This document shows positions 51,527-58,596 of a DNA stretch of 64,000 nt, in pieces. The notes beneath the pieces were generated by a model that did not search any database, was not told where the DNA came from, and worked only from the letters and a program-made list of their open reading frames with translations. The stretch's first letter is position 1, and the number at the start of each line of letters is the position of its first letter. The stretch is taken from NCBI GenBank assembly GCA_043825875.1, contig JBDRRF010000067.1, positions 42,852 through 106,851 of the forward strand, written 5' to 3'. The position numbers were made by a program, and so were the translations under genes. The stretch comes from Pseudomonadota bacterium. GTDB lineage: Bacteria > Desulfobacterota > Desulfobacteria > Desulfobacterales > RPRI01.

Positions 51527-52639
51527 ATGAAAGATTATGGAATTCAATTGACCAAGGAAGAAGAAGCACAAGTCGATGATATTTGTGCCAAAATCAGAGA
51601 GCGGGTGAAAAAGGAATCCATGACGCCCCGCCAGCGCTTTGAAGCTGTTTACAGAGGGGAAACACCTGACCGCATTCCAATTCAGGTATGCGCCCTTGGT
51701 TTGCACGCAGCCTCCAATTATGGCGTAACACCTGGAGACCTATACAATGACCCGAAAATATCACTCATGGCATATCTTACACATCTCGAAAGATTTGGAT
51801 ACGACACTCCTTCAGCTTTCCGTTTCAGTACCGGTGAAAAGGAGTTTGGGCAGGAAATAGCTCATACGGATTCCGCCGTGCCCTTTGGTATCAAGGGTAT
51901 AGTGGAAACAGCAAGTGATCTGGGCAAGCTGAAAATGCCTAATGTTATGACAGACGGATCATTGCCATGGCAGCTATGGATGCTAAGTGTTCTAAAGGAA
52001 AAACTTGGCGATATTATGCCTATCCATGGATTTACGGTAATTCCCGGTGCAGTAGGTCCGGTTATAATGCCTATGGATAAACTTTTACTTGCGCTTCGCA
52101 AGGACCCTGTACTGGCTCACTCTCTGGCAGCCATACTTATGAACTTTGTTATAGATTACGGTACGGCAATGTATGAGGCAGGTGCTGATATGCTGCATAT
52201 TGTTGGAATTGATGATCAGGTATCATATGCTATGCACAGGAAATTTGAATTTCCTTATGTTTGCGGATTGGTTAAATCATTGCCGTGCCCTGTCTTTATA
52301 ATTGGCGCAGGTGACTGGTCACATGTTATTGAGTCATATGCTCAGGCAGGAGTTCAAGGATTTTATCTCCACAGCGGACAACCTACACCTCTTGATAAGA
52401 TTAATGAAGTGGCAGACAAATATAATTGTACAGTACGCTATGGCGTAAGTTCCAACACACTTGTACATGGACCGGCAGAAAAGATTCGTGAGGAAGTGAA
52501 AAACGTAATTAAACAGGGATGGCGGGGCGGTCGTTTTGTATTGACCACAGACACATTGGATATCAATACTCCGACTGAAAACCTGGATGTTTTTATGGAA
52601 GCAGCTTTAGAGTATGGTAAACTTCCATTAAAAATTTAA
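51527..52639 (+). CDS. URO-D/MtaA-CmuA superfamily putative methyltransferase, copy 2
   Basis: About 35 substitutions versus copy 1 over 373 aa by manual count; same motifs. Confidence 0.8.
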   Translation: MKDYGIQLTKEEEAQVDDICAKIRERVKKESMTPRQRFEAVYRGETPDRIPIQVCALGLHAASNYGVTPGDLYNDPKISLMAYLTHLERFGYDTPSAFRFSTGEKEFGQEIAHTDSAVPFGIKGIVETASDLGKLKMPNVMTDGSLPWQLWMLSVLKEKLGDIMPIHGFTVIPGAVGPVIMPMDKLLLALRKDPVLAHSLAAILMNFVIDYGTAMYEAGADMLHIVGIDDQVSYAMHRKFEFPYVCGLVKSLPCPVFIIGAGDWSHVIESYAQAGVQGFYLHSGQPTPLDKINEVADKYNCTVRYGVSSNTLVHGPAEKIREEVKNVIKQGWRGGRFVLTTDTLDINTPTENLDVFMEAALEYGKLPLKI

Positions 52640-52673
52640 CAACTTTTACAGAAGCTGATTGAAAGGAGATATT

Positions 52674-53330
52674 ATGACACAAGAAGCAATTCTCGAATCT
52701 CTCAGGCAGGCCATCCTTGATGGAGATGCAGAGCAGACACAAAAAGTATGCGGTAACGCTTTGGAAGCAAAAATTGAAACCTCAGCTATTCTCCAGGAAG
52801 GCATGACTAAAGCCATGAAATTGGTCGGTGCAAAATGGGACGCAAAAGAATTTTTTCTGCCTGAAGTACTAGCTGCTGCCGATGCAATGAAAAGCGCTAT
52901 TGAATTTATGAAACCACACTTGCTGGGAAAGGATGGCGGAGGAGCAATTGGAACTGCAGTTATCGGGACAGTCAAAGGCGACGTTCACAATATAGGCAAG
53001 AACTTGGTTGCATTATTTTTGGAATTGGGCGGTTTTAATGTTTTTAACCTTGGTGAAGATGTGCCTGCCGAGAAATTTGTTCAGACCGCTCTTGAAAACA
53101 ATGCAGATGTTATTGGTTCATCAGCATTTGTATCGACAGTTGCCACTGAAATGGCCCGGATTGAAGATGGCCTTAAGGAAGCAGGAATCAGGGACAAAGT
53201 CTTTACAATGGTTGGCGGAGCAGTTCTGGACCCTGAGTGGGCAGTAAAAATCGGAGCCGATGCTTACGGCAAAGATGCCTTGCATGCTACACAGCTTGCC
53301 CAGGAGTTTGTCAGTAAAAAAAGGGGATAA
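52674..53330 (+). CDS. Corrinoid (cobalamin-binding) protein, MtaC/MttC-like
   Basis: Cap domain (FLPEVL.AADAM), GTVKGDVHNIGKN (DxHxxG), SA, VGGA, IGADAY. Confidence 0.93.
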   Translation: MTQEAILESLRQAILDGDAEQTQKVCGNALEAKIETSAILQEGMTKAMKLVGAKWDAKEFFLPEVLAAADAMKSAIEFMKPHLLGKDGGGAIGTAVIGTVKGDVHNIGKNLVALFLELGGFNVFNLGEDVPAEKFVQTALENNADVIGSSAFVSTVATEMARIEDGLKEAGIRDKVFTMVGGAVLDPEWAVKIGADAYGKDALHATQLAQEFVSKKRG

Positions 53331-53343
53331 GGAAAAGAATCAA

Positions 53344-54336
53344 ATGAGTCAAGGAATATGGATATTAGAAGATCATGATAGCCGCGGAACAAAAAACATT
53401 ACTCTGGAATTACTAAGCGAAGGGCAGAAATTAGCCCGAAAGCTAAAGCAAGAGTTGTGTGTGTGTCTTTTGGGTTATCAGGTTGAAGATATTATTCCCA
53501 AGCTTGGTGAATTCGGGGTGCAAAAGGTATATCTTGCCGATAACAAAGAGCTATCGGAATATAATCTGGATGCTTTTGTTGCAATTTTAGGTGGTTTAAT
53601 AGAAAAATATCAGCCCTCGGTATTAATGATAGGAGCCACATCGACAGGCTCGGAGCTGGCACCAAGGATTGCAGCAAGATATGGACTTCCATGTATAACC
53701 GAGGTCAAAAAGATTGGGGGCAACAGCGAAAATATTCAGGTAACTAAATCTGTTTATAATGACCGGCTTTATGCTGATGTTAAACCTGCTTCGGCAAGGC
53801 CCCTGATCATAACTCTTCCCCCTGGTGAGACCGACATTGTTAAGCCCAAAGAGTCTGTAGAACCGGAACTTATTAACATTAATTTTGAATTCACCGAAAA
53901 GCTTAAGCGCATCCGATACAAGCAATTTATTAAAGGCGACCCAAGAACAATTAGGGTAGATGAAGCAGACTTGATTCTGGCTCTTGGAAATGGAGTGGAT
54001 TCCGAATCTTTACCCGTTGCTCAGGAACTGGCCGATCTTTTAGGAGCAACTCTTGGAGGAACAAGAGTTGCCGTTGATAATGGCATTATACCTTTTGAAA
54101 GACAAATCGGCCTTACAGGCAAAACGGTATTACCCAATATGCTTATAGCCTGCGGGATCTCCGGTGCTTATGAATTTACAGATGGAATGAAAGACTCCAA
54201 GATGATAATTGCCATTAATAATGATGGAAAGTCGCGCATTTTCGAAGTTGCAAATCTGGGCGTAAATGGAGATCTGAAAGAGATAATTCCGGCTGTTATT
54301 GAAAAAATAAAAAATCATAAGCAGGCTCTCAATTAG
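53344..54336 (+). CDS. etfA: Electron transfer flavoprotein alpha subunit
   Basis: ELAPRIAA, LGGTR.AVD.G, QIGLTGKTV.P, GISGA, AIN.D...IF. Confidence 0.9.
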   Translation: MSQGIWILEDHDSRGTKNITLELLSEGQKLARKLKQELCVCLLGYQVEDIIPKLGEFGVQKVYLADNKELSEYNLDAFVAILGGLIEKYQPSVLMIGATSTGSELAPRIAARYGLPCITEVKKIGGNSENIQVTKSVYNDRLYADVKPASARPLIITLPPGETDIVKPKESVEPELININFEFTEKLKRIRYKQFIKGDPRTIRVDEADLILALGNGVDSESLPVAQELADLLGATLGGTRVAVDNGIIPFERQIGLTGKTVLPNMLIACGISGAYEFTDGMKDSKMIIAINNDGKSRIFEVANLGVNGDLKEIIPAVIEKIKNHKQALN

Positions 54337-54367
54337 CATCAAATTTGTTTTATTCGGAGATAGATTT

Positions 54368-56527
54368 ATGCAACCGAAAAATATATTTAAATCACTGATC
54401 GTTTTTCTTTTCTTTATTGTTCTTACCCTTACATCCGCCCAGGCCACTGAATATTATTCTTTCCATATGGCGGGTTCCGATTGCACCATGTGTCATGAAG
54501 ATGTTTCTGGTGGTGAATTAAATGATGTCGGAACCCAGTTTGAGGAAAATGGATACCGATTCCCCATAACCCAAAAGGAAATACTTTTTTATGCTTTATC
54601 AGGACTGGCTATGCTCGCAATATTTTTTGGCCTTTTCCGCAGATACAAGCTTTGGAGCAGGGGAAGACCAGGCGCGAAACTGGATCGCATTGCCAAAAGA
54701 TGGGACGGACTTTTTGTAAATGTGTTTGGGCAAAATAAAATCCTGAAAAACTCTTTAGCAGGACAAGGTCATCTTCTTCTGTTCTGGTCTTTTACATTGC
54801 TTGGCATCGCTGTAATATTTATACTTATTCAGGAATATATTGTTCTGCCCTTATGGGGAGTAAGACTTATAAACAGTTATTTTTATCCCTTTTTCAGGCT
54901 GTTTTTGGATATCGCCGGTTTAATCGGTTTAATCGGAGCAATTATACTGGCTTACAGAAGATATATTATAAAGCCGAAAGAACTGGATGATAACCCCGAT
55001 GACGGATTATCGCTGCTTTTTCTGATTGTTGTCTTTTTGACAGGATTTCTGGCCACAGGAATCCGCAATCAACTCTACCAATCCGAATGGACGAACTGGG
55101 CCCCTGTAGCTTCTTCACTTGCATGGGTATTAAAACTGGTTGTAAGAGAAGAGGATGGTCTTAAAGTTTGTTTTAATGTGTTATGGTGGATCCACTCGCT
55201 TAGCGGACTTATATTTTTAGCTGCTATACCATATTCAAGGCTTCTTCATGCTTTTACTTCCTCTATTAATATTTTTTGTAGAAATCTTGAGCCTAAAGGG
55301 GCTTTGCCGGTAATAGATATAGCTTCTTCCGAAACTTACGGTGCCGGGAAAATTAATGATTTTACCTTTAAACACCTGCTTGAGCTTGATGCCTGCACCC
55401 AATGTGGAAGATGCCAGGAAAATTGTCCGGCACTTATCAGTGAGAAACATCTCAACCCAAAAAGTATTGTTCAGAATTTAAAAAAGCATATGGAGGCTTC
55501 TTCTGCAAGCAACAGTGCGGCACTTATCGGAGGGCCTGTGACCGATGAGGAAATATGGGAGTGCACCACATGTTTAAACTGCATCGAACATTGCCCGGTA
55601 TTTATAGAACCAATGCTAAAAATTGTTGAAATGAGACGCAATGCCGTACTTGAAAAAAGCAATTTCCCGGGTGAATTTAAACAGATTTTCAAAAACCTGG
55701 AAATATTCGGAGATCCGAAGGGTAAGGGCAAGGTTACAAGAGAAGGCTGGGTATCAAACTTAAAGATCAACAGAATATACCAAAAGGATAGTAGCCCACC
55801 TGAAATACTTTTCTGGGCAGGATGTATTGGCGCCATATATGATGAAAGAAGTAAAAGTACAACCAATGCGGTTGCAAAGATCTTTCAAAAGGCAGGCGTA
55901 AGTTTTGGGATTTTGGGCAAGGAAGAATTTTGCTGCGGAGATCCTGCCAGAAGAATTGGCAACGAATATCTTTTTCAAAAACTGGCTTTAAAAAATATAG
56001 AAACAATGAAAAAGTACGGTGTAAAAAAACTTGTGACTCATTGCCCGCATTGTTTTAATACTTTCAAAAATGAATACCCAGCATTAGGAGCTGATTTTGA
56101 GGTGATTGAAATCTTTGAATTTATAAAAACATTATTAGATCAGGGCAAACTTGAGGTTAAATCAAAAATAGAAGAATCTTTCACATATCATGATCCATGC
56201 TATCTTGGTCGCTATAATTTGGTATATGAAACGCCAAGAGATATTTTAAAGTCTCATATAGGCGTCAACCTCACTGAAATGGAGAGGATAAAAGAAACAA
56301 GTTTCTGCTGTGGCGCAGGCGGGGGCAACATGTGGCGAGGAGTTTCCGCAGGCAAAAGGATGGAAAACTTGAGAATCCAGGAAGCTGTAAAAACAGAAGT
56401 AAAAGGGATTGTTACTGCCTGCCCGCATTGTGATATTATGTTTGACAGCGCAATTCAACAAGAAGGGATGGGTTATACATTCAAACTTGTTAATTTAATC
56501 GAACTGGTGAAGCAGGCAGTGCTGTAA
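54368..56527 (+). CDS. Membrane FeS oxidoreductase (ETF:quinone oxidoreductase/HdrD-like) with N-terminal c-heme
   Basis: Signal peptide, CTMCH, NarI-like TM region with His residues, CTQCGRCQENCP and CTTCLNCIEHCP, two CCG domains (CCGD, CPHC, HDPCYLGR, CCGAGGG). Confidence 0.88.
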   Translation: MQPKNIFKSLIVFLFFIVLTLTSAQATEYYSFHMAGSDCTMCHEDVSGGELNDVGTQFEENGYRFPITQKEILFYALSGLAMLAIFFGLFRRYKLWSRGRPGAKLDRIAKRWDGLFVNVFGQNKILKNSLAGQGHLLLFWSFTLLGIAVIFILIQEYIVLPLWGVRLINSYFYPFFRLFLDIAGLIGLIGAIILAYRRYIIKPKELDDNPDDGLSLLFLIVVFLTGFLATGIRNQLYQSEWTNWAPVASSLAWVLKLVVREEDGLKVCFNVLWWIHSLSGLIFLAAIPYSRLLHAFTSSINIFCRNLEPKGALPVIDIASSETYGAGKINDFTFKHLLELDACTQCGRCQENCPALISEKHLNPKSIVQNLKKHMEASSASNSAALIGGPVTDEEIWECTTCLNCIEHCPVFIEPMLKIVEMRRNAVLEKSNFPGEFKQIFKNLEIFGDPKGKGKVTREGWVSNLKINRIYQKDSSPPEILFWAGCIGAIYDERSKSTTNAVAKIFQKAGVSFGILGKEEFCCGDPARRIGNEYLFQKLALKNIETMKKYGVKKLVTHCPHCFNTFKNEYPALGADFEVIEIFEFIKTLLDQGKLEVKSKIEESFTYHDPCYLGRYNLVYETPRDILKSHIGVNLTEMERIKETSFCCGAGGGNMWRGVSAGKRMENLRIQEAVKTEVKGIVTACPHCDIMFDSAIQQEGMGYTFKLVNLIELVKQAVL

Positions 56528-56548
56528 TATAACAGCAGGAGATATCTT

Positions 56549-57412
56549 ATGAAAATAATTGTTTGCGTAAAACAGATTGGCTATATCTATGATCCTACTG
56601 CAATTGATCTTGCAACGGGTGAAATCGATCCCGAAAAAATGGTTTCCATGCTTAATCCATATGATGAACTTGCAGTAGAAGAAGCAATCAAAATAAAAGA
56701 AAGTGAAAATGATTGTGAAGTTATTGCAATTACTGCCGGTGGGCCGGAAGCGGATAATGCTCTTAAATATTCTTTTGCAATGGGTGCGGACAAGATGGTC
56801 CGTTTGGATTATGAAAGCTTAGACCCGTCATTAATTTCGCTTTTTTTATCTGAAGCAATTAAAAAAATCGGTTATGATTTTATTCTTTGCGGAAAAAAAT
56901 CTATGGACAGCAATGCAGGCCAGGTGGGTTCATTTATTGCCGAAAGGCTTCAAATCCCTCAAGTTTCAGGAATTGTTAGTCTCAAGCTTTCATTAAATGA
57001 CAAGAAGGCTGTTGTAGAAAGATATCTTGGGAAGGGAGACCGGGAAGAAATAGAATGTGATTTACCAGCCCTGTTTACAACGGAAATGGGATTAAATGAC
57101 CCGAGATATCCTACACTTCCCAGAAGACTTTTAGCGGAAAAAACAAACATAGAAATATTGGATACCACTTCTTTAGGTGTTAGTCCGGATAAAGCTATTG
57201 GATTAACGGATATTTTAAAATTTTCTCAACCAAGGCCCAAAACCAGAAAAACATTTTCACCGGACAGTAATTTATCGGCAACAGACAGGTTAAAACTTAT
57301 GATGAGTGGAGGCGGAGCCAAACCAAAAGAGGATAGTAATGTGCTTGAAGGAAGTGCAGATGAACTTGCAGAACATATTTTAAAATATCTTATTCAGGAA
57401 CAAATAATATAA
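56549..57412 (+). CDS. etfB: Electron transfer flavoprotein beta subunit
   Basis: MKIIVCVKQ, NPYDELAVEEA, AMGAD, GKKSMD..AGQVG, N.PRYP. Confidence 0.9.
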   Translation: MKIIVCVKQIGYIYDPTAIDLATGEIDPEKMVSMLNPYDELAVEEAIKIKESENDCEVIAITAGGPEADNALKYSFAMGADKMVRLDYESLDPSLISLFLSEAIKKIGYDFILCGKKSMDSNAGQVGSFIAERLQIPQVSGIVSLKLSLNDKKAVVERYLGKGDREEIECDLPALFTTEMGLNDPRYPTLPRRLLAEKTNIEILDTTSLGVSPDKAIGLTDILKFSQPRPKTRKTFSPDSNLSATDRLKLMMSGGGAKPKEDSNVLEGSADELAEHILKYLIQEQII

Positions 57413-57418
57413 TCGTGT

Positions 57419-57479
57419 GGCGGCATATAAAATGCCGCCCTACGGAAGATGATGGTAGGGCGGGGTTTTATACCCCGCC
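57419..57479. repeat. GTAG-type REP doublet
   Basis: GGCGGCAT-ATAAA-ATGCCGCC-CTAC and GTAG-GGCGGGG-TTTTATA-CCCCGCC in inverted arrangement. Confidence 0.75.
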
Positions 57480-57507
57480 GTTTTTTGATAGAAAGGAAGG
57501 AATTCTT

Positions 57508-58329
57508 ATGCTTATTATAGGTGAATCTCTTAATGCTACTGTTCCAGCGGTCAGTCAGGCGATTACCGCTCATGATGAAAAATTTATTACAGATCTTGCC
57601 AAACTTCAGGTCGAATGCGGAGCAATGATGCTTGATGTAAATGCCGGAGGATTGGGTGGACGCGATGAAGGTGAGGAGCTATCATGGCTTGTACAAACGG
57701 TTCAGAGCGCAGTTGAAGTTCCGCTTGTGTTAGATAGTGCAAATCCGGACTCTTTGCATAAGGCTGTAAAAGTATATAAGGGATCACAACTGATACTAAG
57801 TTCGGTTACTGCCGAAAAAGACAGTCTCGAAAAACTTTTGCCCCTTGCCGCCGAACTCAATTGCGGCCTTGTAGGATTATGTATGAGTGAAAAAGGTATC
57901 CCGGATAATCCTGATGGGCGGGTTGCTATGGCCGAGATTATTATCGAAAAGGCTACGAATGCAGGTGTAAAACCTGAAAACCTGTATCTTGATCCTTTGG
58001 TTATGACAGTTTCTGTAGACTGGAAAGCTGGCAGGGTAACAATTGATACGCATCGCAAGCTTCGCAGAAAATTTCCACAGGTGCGTACTTTTACCATTAT
58101 TGGAAATGTTGCTTTCGGTATGCCGATGAGAGGTCTGGTAAACCGTACATTTCTTTCTATGATGATAAGTCTTGATACGGATGCGGTTATGTTAAATGTA
58201 AGAGACCAGGAAATGATGGCTACTTTGTTTGCTTCGTCTGTCTTAAAAGGCGAGGACGAATATTGCCGTAAATACATAAAGGCATTTCGTGCCGGAAAAC
58301 TTGGTAAAAGCGTGCCAAAGTCAAAATAA
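57508..58329 (+). CDS. Pterin-binding methyltetrahydrofolate:corrinoid methyltransferase (AcsE-like)
   Basis: MLIIGESLNA, GA.MLDVN, PL.LDS, LDPLV, GNVAFGMP.R...N..FL; start at ATG 57508. Confidence 0.88.
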   Translation: MLIIGESLNATVPAVSQAITAHDEKFITDLAKLQVECGAMMLDVNAGGLGGRDEGEELSWLVQTVQSAVEVPLVLDSANPDSLHKAVKVYKGSQLILSSVTAEKDSLEKLLPLAAELNCGLVGLCMSEKGIPDNPDGRVAMAEIIIEKATNAGVKPENLYLDPLVMTVSVDWKAGRVTIDTHRKLRRKFPQVRTFTIIGNVAFGMPMRGLVNRTFLSMMISLDTDAVMLNVRDQEMMATLFASSVLKGEDEYCRKYIKAFRAGKLGKSVPKSK

Positions 58330-58374
58330 ATTCAAATTTGTCACACCATAAAATATCCTTTTCTTGATTATTAC

Positions 58375-58492
58375 TTGCCGTTCTTGTATACAGAACGGCA
58401 ATGCTTTTTATAATAAGCTTTCAAGAAATCTTTGAAAAAAGACTTCTTGAAAATCATTATTATTCTGAGTTACATAGAATAATAATGATTTT
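58375..58492. terminator. Terminator-like hairpin followed by two further inverted repeats
   Basis: TTGCCGTTCT/AGAACGGCAA (58375-58401); TTTCAAGAAATCTTT/AAAGACTTCTTGAAA (58419-58452); perfect 17-bp AAAATCATTATTATTCT/AGAATAATAATGATTTT (58450-58492). Confidence 0.6.
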
Positions 58493-58596
58493 ATAATTTC
58501 CCTTTTTTTTATTAAATATTCCATTAATTGACCATCTATCCTTTATTGCTCATGATTTAAATGACTTGGCAACCTTAAATAAACTCTTAAAAGGGG

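Noticed and set aside
50203..52639. Annotation as uroporphyrinogen decarboxylase HemE
   Set aside because: The HemE RQAGRY signature is absent and the context is a corrinoid methyl-transfer cluster.
57415..57507. N-terminal extensions given by the ORF track (also 9329, 35343, 42756, 53260, 52659)
   Set aside because: Downstream starts have better RBS spacing or family-typical N-termini; the 57415 extension merely translates the REP doublet.
50194..58329. Selenocysteine or pyrrolysine read-through in the methyltransferase/oxidoreductase cluster
   Set aside because: All ORFs are full length for their families and end in ordinary stops; no in-frame TGA or TAG interrupts a domain.
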